64,000 nt of DNA from an uncultured Methanomassiliicoccales archaeon (GCA_963755265.1 CAVWKV010000080.1:28096-92095), one strand, 5' to 3'. Positions 28,826-38,453 are shown, counted from the stretch's first letter. Translations and numbers: made by a program. Notes: generated by a model from the sequence alone, not told the origin.

Positions 28826-30535
28826 TTAATTGAGAAGTCCCTTGAGCATCAGTTCCACTATAAAAGCAGACACGGAACCGATCCACAGTAAGGCGATGAA
28901 ATGGATTGCTGCGCCCGCCAAATGACCACCACGCAGTAGTGGTAGCATCAACGATGAGAAGAACGCGTGGATGAAGATGACCGAGAACACCATTAGCGTT
29001 AGAGGTCCCACGTCAAAATGCGAATTGAAGAGTGTATTCAAAAAGCCGACTCCACCGAGGTCAGCAGTATTCAATGATAGTCCTTGGATCGAGGTCGCCA
29101 TGTACTGGGAAATGCCGATGGTGATGTAGAGAGTGAACGCCAGGGCAATCATAACTCCGTACAGCACCCCTAAATAACTTGAAGCTACGACCTGCCGTTT
29201 TTTCCTTATCGCCATAATCTTGAACATGTTCGTGCTGATGAAAAGACTCGTCTCGTCAGCCTTGGCGCCACTGAGAACACATTGCGTATAAACGTTATTG
29301 AATTTTCTTATCATATTACTGGACGACTCAGCAGAGAAGTGTTTCCAGGCATCAACCGTGTTTATATTCAGTGCTAATCTCTTAGAAAGGTTCTTTACCA
29401 TGTTGGTCAACGGACCGAACTTGTGCATGGCCAATTTTCGCACCCCTTCGCCCATCGTCTGTCCGCTTACTGACGATGCCCGGCCCAATGACCGGATAAA
29501 GGCACTATAGATGTTGTCTCTTTTGATTATGTTCTTTTCCTCCCTGGTTATCAGAATGCCAGGGATCAGGAAAGGCAGGCAAACTGATGAGGCATACAGC
29601 GTGATCGGCAACTGCAAAGGTAGTAGCAGAAAAGAGAGCAAGCCCACGCCGATGACAGATATTACCACCGACATCATAAGGATACGATCGCCATCCTTCA
29701 ACAACCGGTCTTTCTTCTTCTGACGCCAACCGTACCAAATATCGTCCTTGGGGACCTTGGTCATGATAAAGTAAACGAACATCCCTTCCATGACCACGAA
29801 GCCCATCACGATGCCTACTAGCAGGTCGTCGACGTTGCCCAGACCAAGGAGTGGGATGATGGATATGAACACGCAGGCAAAGATCAGGGATGTCACAATC
29901 CCGGTGAACAGCTCTTTAACGAAGTCCAAATCCTTCAGGCTCGAGTCTGCCTTCAGGGTGTATTCATCCATGATCACTTCGTGCTCGTTCTTCATGAAGC
30001 GAGCAAGATTTTCACCCACCTCCATTGAATGTGACAACCTACTGAAGAAATCCGCTTCCATTGGAGAAGGTGTGCGGGCTGCGACGAAACGGCATGCGTC
30101 TCCGGCCGCCACGTGATAGAACTTTATCAAACGGTATATGCGCTTCGAGTCCTCGGCTAGTTGCCCGTACTCGACCTTTTGGGACATTACATAGAATATC
30201 TTGTCGATTGGCATCTCGGAGGTCGAGAGCGCTGCCAGCTCAGTCAAGAACAAAGGCATGTTACGCTCGGCCCGCATCTTGCTCGTCGAAGAGGCTATTA
30301 TTGGCAGCATCCCGATCGCGAATATAGCGAATATCGGTAGAGCGTAGAGCAGCACAGTGTAGGAAGGGTCCATTATTTTGTCCAGATACTGAGGGATGAT
30401 GTAATCGGACATAATCGTGGGTACCACTAGCCCGAAGACCACGATGGAGATGATGATTAGCCTGAAGTAGGTCTTGGGCTTCATTTTCATGTCCCGGAAG
30501 CCCTGTTTCAACCTCTTGCTCTTCAGTTTCACCAT
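28826..30535 (-). CDS. flaJ: Archaellum assembly membrane protein FlaJ/ArlJ
   Basis: 569 aa polytopic membrane protein, last gene after flaI. Two cytoplasmic domains typical of the TadC/GspF-like family. Confidence 0.85.
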   Translation of the reverse strand: MVKLKSKRLKQGFRDMKMKPKTYFRLIIISIVVFGLVVPTIMSDYIIPQYLDKIMDPSYTVLLYALPIFAIFAIGMLPIIASSTSKMRAERNMPLFLTELAALSTSEMPIDKIFYVMSQKVEYGQLAEDSKRIYRLIKFYHVAAGDACRFVAARTPSPMEADFFSRLSHSMEVGENLARFMKNEHEVIMDEYTLKADSSLKDLDFVKELFTGIVTSLIFACVFISIIPLLGLGNVDDLLVGIVMGFVVMEGMFVYFIMTKVPKDDIWYGWRQKKKDRLLKDGDRILMMSVVISVIGVGLLSFLLLPLQLPITLYASSVCLPFLIPGILITREEKNIIKRDNIYSAFIRSLGRASSVSGQTMGEGVRKLAMHKFGPLTNMVKNLSKRLALNINTVDAWKHFSAESSSNMIRKFNNVYTQCVLSGAKADETSLFISTNMFKIMAIRKKRQVVASSYLGVLYGVMIALAFTLYITIGISQYMATSIQGLSLNTADLGGVGFLNTLFNSHFDVGPLTLMVFSVIFIHAFFSSLMLPLLRGGHLAGAAIHFIALLWIGSVSAFIVELMLKGLLN

Positions 30536-30543
30536 GAGAAGCC

Positions 30544-32205
30544 TCAGTAGTTAAAGGGGAGCGAGTTCTCGCCCTTCTCATAGTAGTCGTTCAGGACCTT
30601 GACCACTTCTTTGTAACCGACGATGTTTAGCTCGACCATTTTGGCGATGATTCTTTCCCTCTTCCTCAACTCGACGTAGATGTCCTTCTTATCCGCATAA
30701 CCATGTTCCGCGGCGACCCTGTTCTCCAAGATGAAGCTGTTGTTGTTTCCACGGAAATACAGATGGTCAGTGGCCGAATCCCATTTGAAGACCGTCCGGG
30801 TCAGCATGCCTCCGGCTTCCTTGTCGAACCCCATCATCTCTTCGACGGCAGTGACCCGCCTTAAGTACCGTTTATTGACGTTAACGGCGGATTGGAAGAC
30901 CAGCACGTTGCAGTTGTCGATGAAGGACATAGGAATGTTCACGGGCTGGCCGGTCATACGCTGGATGAACTTGGTCGAGTTCGATGCGTGGAAGGTGGCC
31001 AGCACCGGGATACCGGTCTGCATGCATTGGAAAGCGACCCTAGCCTCCTCACCTCTTATCTCTCCGACAATGATGTAATCCGGCCTGGACCTTAAAGCGG
31101 CCCGGAGAAGGTCGAACATCGTTACCCTGGACTCTTCCGGGCCCGCCTCACGCGTGACGCACCGCTGCCATGCCTTGTGCGGTGGCTTCACTTCGGGAGT
31201 GTCCTCCACGGAATATATCTTGCCGCGATGGTCGATGAACGTCATGATGGCGTTAATCGTGGACGTCTTACCAGAAGCTGTCTCACCGCAGATGATGATG
31301 TTCATCTTGTTCTCTAGGCAGATCCAGAGATAGGCGGCGAGTTCAGGACTGAACGATCCGAATTTGATCAGCTGGATCGGGGATATCGGTTCTGCAGTGA
31401 ACTTCCTGATGGTGCAGGAAGAACCCCTGGCGCTGACGTCGTTCGCGTAGATCATGTTGATACGGCTGCCATCTGGCAACGTACCATCCACGACCGGATG
31501 GGAGTTGCTTACCGGTTTCCCCATCCTCTCTGACATGGAGATGAAGAAGTCGTTCAGAGTGACCTCGTCCTCGAAACGAACGTTGGTTTCCAGGGCAAAC
31601 TGGAAAGCCTTGTGCGAAACACGGACCCTTCCGGTTCCGATCAAGTGCACATCTTCGATGTACTGGTCAAGGATGAGCGGTTCAAGAGGGCCGTACCCGA
31701 TGATGTCCCGGCGGATGTAGTACTTCATCAGGTCGTGCTCCTCTTCGGTGACCAGTATCTTCTCCCCGCTGCCGAAGAGTCCTTTCATGCCACCTCCCTT
31801 GCTGGACTTTTCGTTGCCAGTGACCACGGACTGTTCGAATAGTTTATTGAGGATCCTTTCCTGGTCTTCGGCGGTCTCGGACGATTCCTCGTTCGAAGCT
31901 TTCTCCAGTATGAAATCCTTGATGGCCCTCAGCCGGTCCTTCTGTTCGTCGTCCAGCTTCTGCTCGATGTTGATATAGGCGTTCTTCCTGGCGTTGATGT
32001 GGACGAAGCCCTGTCCCACACGGTATATGACATTGGCGGATTCTATGTCGTTGATGGCTGCGGAACGGATGTCGCCCAGTTCTTTGATGGTAAGATTCTC
32101 GTAAAAACGCGGCATTTTGGAGGTTTCTTTCTTAAGCTCCGCTAAGTAACGCCGTAGGTATGGGCTCTTCGCCATTGCCTTGGTCAGGCCGTCTTCTTCA
32201 ACCAT
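30544..32205 (-). CDS. flaI: Archaellum motor ATPase FlaI/ArlI
   Basis: 553 aa. Walker A GETASGKTST, Walker B/Asp box IIVGEIRGEE; secretion-ATPase superfamily. Confidence 0.9.
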   Translation of the reverse strand: MVEEDGLTKAMAKSPYLRRYLAELKKETSKMPRFYENLTIKELGDIRSAAINDIESANVIYRVGQGFVHINARKNAYINIEQKLDDEQKDRLRAIKDFILEKASNEESSETAEDQERILNKLFEQSVVTGNEKSSKGGGMKGLFGSGEKILVTEEEHDLMKYYIRRDIIGYGPLEPLILDQYIEDVHLIGTGRVRVSHKAFQFALETNVRFEDEVTLNDFFISMSERMGKPVSNSHPVVDGTLPDGSRINMIYANDVSARGSSCTIRKFTAEPISPIQLIKFGSFSPELAAYLWICLENKMNIIICGETASGKTSTINAIMTFIDHRGKIYSVEDTPEVKPPHKAWQRCVTREAGPEESRVTMFDLLRAALRSRPDYIIVGEIRGEEARVAFQCMQTGIPVLATFHASNSTKFIQRMTGQPVNIPMSFIDNCNVLVFQSAVNVNKRYLRRVTAVEEMMGFDKEAGGMLTRTVFKWDSATDHLYFRGNNNSFILENRVAAEHGYADKKDIYVELRKRERIIAKMVELNIVGYKEVVKVLNDYYEKGENSLPFNY

Positions 32206-32304
32206 TCTTCATCCGCCATATTCGCCCACGTACCGATCGTCACCGGCCTTGGGCTTTAACAGGTTTTTTCGATCTGTCTAGATTCTAGGCCTTCTTGATT
32301 TGCG

Positions 32305-33033
32305 CTACCCGGAAACCTCCGTAATCTCGATGATCATTCCAATCTTGGGCTCTATCCTGAACCGGATAACCTCCGTCACCGTCTTCCGGGCTCGCAAGAA
32401 CCGTTTCACGTTGATTATCCGGTTGATGCCCTGACCTGTCGCCTTCATGGTCAGGCAGAGGTACATATCGGTGGAGAGACGAAGTGTGTCCACTCCTGGC
32501 GTGTTCGCTTCTATGGTCATTATCACTGTCTTGCCCATCTTGTTCATTTTTTTGAGAAAGGCCATCAGCTTGACCGCGCTCGTTTCTTCCAATCGGTTCT
32601 GGGTCAGTGTGGAGAGGGAATCGATGAAGAGAACATCGTGCTCGTAGAGGGCTGGTGAGGTCGTCAGCTTGTCGATGAAGTTCGACCTGGTGACGGTGTT
32701 ACCGATGATGGGGTAGACCGGGAAGAATGTAAGAGACCCGTTTTGTAGATACTTGCTCACCTTGTAATCGAGGGAATACATTTGCTCGATGAACCCCTTC
32801 ATGGTCTGTTCTGTGGAAACGTAGGTGGCGGAATGACCGTTGAAAAGGAATCCGTATAGCATGCGTTGGCAAAGAACGCTCCTTCCGGAACCGATCTCGC
32901 CTTCCAGGAGCATGCTCGTGCCACGAGGTATGCCTTTACCCAGCTTTTCGGCGAGTTCGTCCTGCTTCAGAGCAATGCTGAAAAGGTCCTTGTCCAAGAC
33001 CTCGCCGCCCGCCCCTCTCGTTTCACCGCTCAT
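32305..33033 (-). CDS. flaH: Archaellum protein FlaH/ArlH (RecA/KaiC-like)
   Basis: 242 aa. GIPRGTSMLLEGEIGSGRSVLCQRMLYG Walker A-like; position between flaG and flaI. Confidence 0.85.
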   Translation of the reverse strand: MSGETRGAGGEVLDKDLFSIALKQDELAEKLGKGIPRGTSMLLEGEIGSGRSVLCQRMLYGFLFNGHSATYVSTEQTMKGFIEQMYSLDYKVSKYLQNGSLTFFPVYPIIGNTVTRSNFIDKLTTSPALYEHDVLFIDSLSTLTQNRLEETSAVKLMAFLKKMNKMGKTVIMTIEANTPGVDTLRLSTDMYLCLTMKATGQGINRIINVKRFLRARKTVTEVIRFRIEPKIGMIIEITEVSG

Positions 33034-33080
33034 TCAATGATCATCCGCCCCTCCATGGTCGTTCCTGGACCTAGCCAAAA

Positions 33081-33518
33081 CTAGATCCGGAAGCCCATCG
33101 AGTCCGAAATCCCATTGGATAAGACTACCTTAGCAGTATGGTCACCGTTCGCAAGAATGATATTCAGGTGTATCTCCAGAACGACGCCTGGCACCCATTG
33201 GGCTGAGCCGCCGATGATCGTCCATGAACTGCTGTTTTGATCCTTTCCGTCGATCATGACAAGCAGGTCAGTAGGAAGCAAAGCAATTGAACCAGTGTTC
33301 TTCACATATAAGGTCAGATTTGAATCCTGGTAAGGCATGAACGCTGGGTCATTGATGATCTTGATTTCTGAATCCAACTTATCGGAAAAGGTTGCAGCCC
33401 TATTCTCAACTGCCTGGGCCATATTGTTCGAAAGCCCGATGAAGACACCGGAGAGAGCTCCAGCCACGACTATGGCCGCAACGAAGAAGATGACCTGTGT
33501 GGTACCTGCGTCTGACAT
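33081..33518 (-). CDS. flaG: Archaellum protein FlaG/ArlG
   Basis: 145 aa. N-terminal TM helix (VIFFVAAIVVAGALSGVFIGL) plus a beta-rich domain; gene order flaF-flaG-flaH. Confidence 0.65.
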   Translation of the reverse strand: MSDAGTTQVIFFVAAIVVAGALSGVFIGLSNNMAQAVENRAATFSDKLDSEIKIINDPAFMPYQDSNLTLYVKNTGSIALLPTDLLVMIDGKDQNSSSWTIIGGSAQWVPGVVLEIHLNIILANGDHTAKVVLSNGISDSMGFRI

Positions 33519-33532
33519 TCTATCCTCCTAGA

Positions 33533-33949
33533 CTAGCTATAGGCTAGAGAACCGCCTTCGGTGACCAGCTCGATATGCGCGCCAATAATGTTGGTATTCG
33601 TATGTATGACCAGGACATCACCTGGAAGCCAGAGTCTCGAACCAATATGCCCTTGAATATTCAACGCGGAAATCGATTGGGTCTCGATCGTACCGTTTAT
33701 CAATAGATCTAACTTTGACGGGTCCAGCGTAGTTGTGCCAAGATTGACGACCGTAATCGTCCCATTCACCACATCAATCGACGATATGCCGATGCTGGTC
33801 CCTTGTGCATTCAAAGCACGAGAGTAGTTGTCATCCTGTGCCGCCTGGATCTTGTCCTGATAATAGTTGATGGAACCGAATATAGCCCCAAATACAATAA
33901 TGAAGGTGCTAAAAAGGATGGCGGAGGCGGCCGAAACGCTCAGTCCCAT
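33533..33949 (-). CDS. flaF: Archaellum protein FlaF/ArlF
   Basis: 138 aa. N-terminal TM helix (AASAILFSTFIIVFGAIFG) plus a beta-rich domain; position upstream of flaG. Confidence 0.65.
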   Translation of the reverse strand: MGLSVSAASAILFSTFIIVFGAIFGSINYYQDKIQAAQDDNYSRALNAQGTSIGISSIDVVNGTITVVNLGTTTLDPSKLDLLINGTIETQSISALNIQGHIGSRLWLPGDVLVIHTNTNIIGAHIELVTEGGSLAYS

Positions 33950-33950
33950 C

Positions 33951-34868
33951 TTACTTCACGCCCATCCTTTTGTATTCCGCCATCCACCGCTCCAGAGAAG
34001 CATAGTCCTCTTCTGGTACTTTCTGACCCTTCAGCTTCAGTGTATAGATCTGCTCAAGCTGATGTTCTACCAACTTGTGGATCTGGTTCAGAGAGTAGAA
34101 GTCAACCACGACGTTCATCGTGGCCTCCTGTGAAACTATTGCTGGGATTTCGGCCTGCGGTGGCTTTTCGGTTATCTGTGGTTTTATCGGTCTCGTCACT
34201 TTGGTAATCTTTACCTTGTCGACGAGCTGGGCTACCTCGTCGTCTTCAAGCTCAGGTTTTAGGACTTTGTCCATGGGCTCTGCCTCTATGTAGTCTGGTA
34301 TGCTCTCCACTTTTCCATCCTTCAGATCGAGGTCAAGGTCTAGATCTTGTTCGACTGCCTTGGCCATGTTCTCAGGCACGCTTGGTTTCTTGGGGCAAGC
34401 GTTATCCGGTTTCTTTGCGACGGGCATCTCTGAGTCGACGAATGGATTATATTCCCGACTGACCGCCTCGTAGACGCACAATAGGTTCTTGATGGAGTCG
34501 TTGATCCCGTCAATCTCTGTCTTGATTTTGTCCACATCGCCCTTCACCGCCTTATTACCCAAGGTCATGGTCTCGAGCTGGGTCTTTATGTCGGTTATGT
34601 TTCCATCGATCGTGTCGATCCTCTTATTGTCGCTCTTAGGTGTTATGCTTGCCAGGGGGCTATCATCGAGTTTCATCTTCCCTCCCCCGAAACTTCCTCC
34701 AATATCGTCGGTCTTCAGGCCTAATTTCATCGCATCTGCATCGAGATCAAGGTCGAGATCGCCGACCTGGCTAGACAGATCTTCTCCACCTCCTTTCTTA
34801 TTCTTTTTGAACGTGAATACCGCAAAAAAAGGAAAAAAGGAAGGTAGAGGAATTGTGGCGCGGTTCAA
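33951..34868 (-). CDS. Archaellum accessory protein, FlaC/D/E-like
   Basis: 305 aa maximal ORF (TTG 34868; alternative ATGs at 34730 and 34676). Coiled coil ending in LLCVYEAVSREYNPFVD (FlaC-like), with two (DL)n runs. The first 20 codons are read from a T-rich tract (CCTTTTTTCCTTTTTTTG on the minus strand, 34823-34840) that could instead be a post-flaB terminator. Confidence 0.55.
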   Translation of the reverse strand: MNRATIPLPSFFPFFAVFTFKKNKKGGGEDLSSQVGDLDLDLDADAMKLGLKTDDIGGSFGGGKMKLDDSPLASITPKSDNKRIDTIDGNITDIKTQLETMTLGNKAVKGDVDKIKTEIDGINDSIKNLLCVYEAVSREYNPFVDSEMPVAKKPDNACPKKPSVPENMAKAVEQDLDLDLDLKDGKVESIPDYIEAEPMDKVLKPELEDDEVAQLVDKVKITKVTRPIKPQITEKPPQAEIPAIVSQEATMNVVVDFYSLNQIHKLVEHQLEQIYTLKLKGQKVPEEDYASLERWMAEYKRMGVK

Positions 34869-34909
34869 TGCCGTGTTATCATTCCTCCTTGTTCTAATGC
34901 TCCATCCGT

Positions 34910-35512
34910 TTACTTCAGACTGACATATGTCGTGTCATAGAATGACGGCGTCACGAATGTGCTCAACGTTGACGATCCATATGCCGGAACGATCTTGACG
35001 GTTGCACTGGCCGAGTATCCCAAATCCAGTTTGGCACTGTCTGACCCAATAGTCACAGTGACCAAATCACCCTGCTGGACTACGTGGTTACCAGTTGTCC
35101 AGGTGGAGGCAGATCCGGTTGAAGTTGCTCCATATTTGTCGCTTGAAGCGCCACTGGTGCCGTTAGCGAAGCTATATGTAGGCATGCTGCTACCAGTCAC
35201 TACCTGAATCGAAACCTGGTCCATGTTTATTGACGGGCTTCCGGCCTGTAGCCTCATCTGGATGGTCAGGATGTTGATATGGGAATAATTGTCCCCTACA
35301 GTGCCAGTAACACTCTGGATCACGAATCCAGAAGCGACATTAATGATCGCCTGGTTGCCGGTATTCTGGGCCTGTTCCCTCACTGTGTTCGCAGTACTGA
35401 TCAAAACGGACGCAGCAACCGCCGCGACGAGGACCATGGCGATGAAGATAATCATCGTGCCGACGCCCATGTCGCCGTGCTTGTCCTTCTTCCAAGACTT
35501 TCTCATTATCAT
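34910..35512 (-). CDS. flaB: Archaellin (FlaB/ArlB), single copy
   Basis: 200 aa. Class III signal peptide plus conserved hydrophobic N-terminus KKDKHGDMGVGTMIIFIAMVLVAAVAASVLISTA. Confidence 0.85.
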   Translation of the reverse strand: MIMRKSWKKDKHGDMGVGTMIIFIAMVLVAAVAASVLISTANTVREQAQNTGNQAIINVASGFVIQSVTGTVGDNYSHINILTIQMRLQAGSPSINMDQVSIQVVTGSSMPTYSFANGTSGASSDKYGATSTGSASTWTTGNHVVQQGDLVTVTIGSDSAKLDLGYSASATVKIVPAYGSSTLSTFVTPSFYDTTYVSLK

Positions 35513-35891
35513 TTTTTTCTATCTCCTTTTTTTATACAAGCGCCCCGGCGAACCGGGTTGACATCGCTTGATCCTCTTGATCGCGAGATACATTGTCAGC
35601 ATCTCGTTCAATCAGGCGGTTGAAATGAAAAACCCGTTCAAAGTTAATAAACCCCAAAGAGCGTGGAATCAGTATCGATAACGAAATTATGCCAATCAAC
35701 CGGCATTAGGTTGACCGCCTGGATAGTCTAAATAGTAAATGTTGAGGTCCTTAATTTCAGCTCAACGATCACTATATTAGTCGATTGGAAATCATAAGTC
35801 GACAAATCGAGACCTTGTACTTTTGTCCTGGTAACTTGGTTGCCCAAGAACCGTTTTATTCCTTATTGACTCTTTTGCAAAACAAGTTTTG

Positions 35892-36537
35892 TCAACCAAT
35901 GGATTTCCTAGCCATTAACAATAAATTGAACATTGTGACCTTGGCCTAAACCTCATTTTTCCGACCTGTTTTCGAGCGGCATCTGATCCGATATCCGAAC
36001 AGACTCCTGATCGTTCTGAATGCCGTTTCAGCATGGTTGCGCTTGCCGTACAGGGCTGCGGCCTTGTTCGGCCAGTGCTGCTAGAACGGGGCCATCTTCT
36101 GATACAGTGTCTCCGGTCCCGGGAAGTGTCTGGCATTCTTCTTGATACCCTGGAACGGTATCGCTCCATGTATCAACGCCGCTTGGAGACAGCACTCGCT
36201 ATGTTAAGCAGAATCAGCAAGGCTCAGCTTCGGTACGACATTCTTCAGTAACCCGTTCCATACTTCCTCAAATCTCTGAATCATGCACGATCGAATCGGT
36301 AAGGTAGTAACTGAGAACGAAGAACTGCCCCACTTCAATAACTACATGAATCTTGACCCAATCCTGCATCCCCTCGATGCTGAATTCGACCCCTTACTAG
36401 GTACGATTCCCACCACTGAAACTGGATCCGTTGACTACTTCGAAAGCCAATCTCACCCTGTTGATTATGGCCTCATTGTATATTCGTTGCTCATCGAGCA
36501 ACGAAACGAAGTCCACGAGGGTACGTATTTTCCTTAG
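35892..36537 (-). mobile_element. Decayed DDE transposase gene (IS4/IS5-like; family unresolved), 5'-truncated with stops and frameshifts
   Basis: Own three-frame minus-strand translation: ...AFEVVNGSSFSGGNRT**GVEFSIEGMQDWVKIHVVIEVGQFFVLSYYLTDSIVHDSEI* (K-x-H...hD block), then ...DTVPGYQEE..., then in another frame ...YGKRNHAETAFRTIRSLFGYRIRCRSKTGRKNEV*AKVTMFNLLLMARKSIG* (the conserved transposase C-terminus pattern Y-x-x-R-x-x-x-E...NE...yN). Confidence 0.6.
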
Positions 36538-36953
36538 TTACATGTAAACTTGAATACCGGGCTGGTATAATGGTATCTGTGGCTTCCAACCGTATCACCT
36601 TATTAACAACTGGCAGCATAGTTGGACAACGATTTAATATTTTTATTATAATATTATAAATAACAATTACTCAGACCAAAATCCTCATGGTTGAGTTTTG
36701 CACCAGAGCCAGAATTGATAGAATGTATTAGTATTTCTCGGTCTGAATAAGAATCGACAATGGGTTTGGAAATCGACTCGATAATCGTGATGAACTCATT
36801 ATTAATATTCAATATTACATATGAATAAATTTGCATGCTGGCTATATGCAAATATGATTATCGGATTTGATTTTTTTAGGTTACGATTTATATAGAATAT
36901 TTCACCATTTTTCAATTCACAGTCCAACTAATCTTGGAACTAGGAGATAGAAC

Positions 36954-37547
36954 ATGAAAAACACAAAAACAGGGGTGAAGAAGAGCCCGGTACTGATCTT
37001 GGCAGTTCTAGGATTGCTGGTCGGTGCAGGAGCTACTGGAGCAATAGCGGCAGGATTGGTTCCTAACCTTGATACTGGAGTCAGCGGTACCGTAACGGCC
37101 AACGTGACCGACGGTCCTTTGATGTCGGTGTCTAGTACTGACACGGCGTTTAAAGGATTCACAAGTCAGGGTGGAGACACTGTCAAGTTCTCTGAGAACA
37201 TCGATATCCTGGCACCTGGTTACGCGAATGTCACGGTGGCAGTGCTTGTAAACAGAGTTGTGGCCCCAGCAAATGCTCTTATTGTTAGCATGGATGGCCT
37301 GGGCGACTATGTAAAGGTCGGCCTGACCCTTGGTTCGGCTACTTCTCCATCGGCTGCTAATGTCACAGCCATCGGAAACGGAGAATGGTTGGTTACAAAC
37401 GGAGTCCCCGCCACTGGTATTGCTGAATCAAATTCGTTCGTAATGGTCTTCACAATCTATGTGAGCCAGGCCAACGGTGGTTATTCAGCAGCCCTTGACA
37501 ACCAATGGAACTTCGCGATTACGGAAGGTCAAGCCCCGTTCGCTTAA
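36954..37547 (+). CDS. Secreted/surface protein, unknown family (signal peptide, beta-rich, three NVT sequons)
   Basis: 197 aa. MKNTKTGVKKSPVLILAVLGLLVGAGATGAIAAG signal/anchor. Thr/Val/Ser/Gly-rich body with ANVTD, ANVTV and ANVTA. Lower GC than its neighbours. Confidence 0.55.
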   Translation: MKNTKTGVKKSPVLILAVLGLLVGAGATGAIAAGLVPNLDTGVSGTVTANVTDGPLMSVSSTDTAFKGFTSQGGDTVKFSENIDILAPGYANVTVAVLVNRVVAPANALIVSMDGLGDYVKVGLTLGSATSPSAANVTAIGNGEWLVTNGVPATGIAESNSFVMVFTIYVSQANGGYSAALDNQWNFAITEGQAPFA

Positions 37548-37616
37548 ACAAACCTTAATTGATGTCGGTGGGGGAAACCCCACCTTAATATTTCCTTGAT
37601 ATACTGATTCTTTAAT

Positions 37617-38453
37617 GTGGTCACGATGGCGTGTTTGAAGGACGAGGTAAAACGGACATCCGGCAAGAGCAGGGTATCCGTTTACGAAGACGACCTTCGC
37701 TATCTAGACCCGGATAACCTCGAGGAGCTTGAGAAGATCCTAGACTATAGTCGGGATGCCTTCCTGATCGCTTCGAATCGTCTTACCGAGCTTGGTCTCA
37801 CATTGATAGATAATCCCGTCGACGCAAATAATAAGACAATGGGAGAACCGAGGGATCTGGACAACGGAAGAAAGGTCGTCTCCATTCCTGTGAGCCAAGA
37901 CCTATATTCGAAGATCCAGGAACGTCGAGGAGAGATGTCGGAGGCCGATTTTCTGAGCACTGCAATCAATCACCACAAGGACATGCTAAGGCTCCATGAG
38001 CGGTATAGTGGACGCCAAGAATCGCTTCGGGGTAAGAAGAATGGGGCATCAGAGGATGATTCCGATGAAGAGGAGGAAGAAGTGGAGGAATATTCCGAAG
38101 ATGAAGAGGTCGAGGTCAACTTTCTGGGTAAGAATGTCGATTTTGACAGGGCCTCTAAAATTCTTTGGGCTCTGGGTTTGGCCCTGTTCGGTGTTGGCGA
38201 TACAGCCACCACTTACTGGTCCTTAATGAAAGGAAATGTTGAGACCAATCCCATCCTTGCTTTCCTTATCGGACTGAACCCGTTGGTAATGATTTCCCTC
38301 AAGATCGCAATAATTTGTGCATTCTATTTGATATACGCCATTTTAAAGAACAGGAATGGAAAACAGTCGTTCCTGTTGTGGATCCCCACCATCATGATCA
38401 TTCTAGGAGGTTATCTGACGGTCAATAATCTCCTTGTTATCATGAGGACTTAA
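37617..38453 (+). CDS. Membrane-tethered protein: RHH-like N-terminal domain, polyacidic linker, DUF5658-like C-terminal membrane domain
   Basis: 278 aa. KVVSIPVSQDLYSKIQERRGEMSEADFLSTAINHH fits the ribbon-helix-helix pattern. Linker EDDSDEEEEEVEEYSEDEEVEV. C-terminus LFGVGDTATTYWSLMKGNVETNPILAF plus 3 further helices (GD..TT ... E.NP motif). Confidence 0.5.
   Translation: MVTMACLKDEVKRTSGKSRVSVYEDDLRYLDPDNLEELEKILDYSRDAFLIASNRLTELGLTLIDNPVDANNKTMGEPRDLDNGRKVVSIPVSQDLYSKIQERRGEMSEADFLSTAINHHKDMLRLHERYSGRQESLRGKKNGASEDDSDEEEEEVEEYSEDEEVEVNFLGKNVDFDRASKILWALGLALFGVGDTATTYWSLMKGNVETNPILAFLIGLNPLVMISLKIAIICAFYLIYAILKNRNGKQSFLLWIPTIMIILGGYLTVNNLLVIMRT

Noticed and set aside
36654-36851. 65-aa ORF in the AT-rich spacer (MHIASMQIYSYVILNINNEF...).
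   Set aside because: The composition-driven Ile/Asn/Ser-rich product has no SD or promoter that I can distinguish from the surrounding AT-rich DNA. I cannot tell it apart from a chance ORF.
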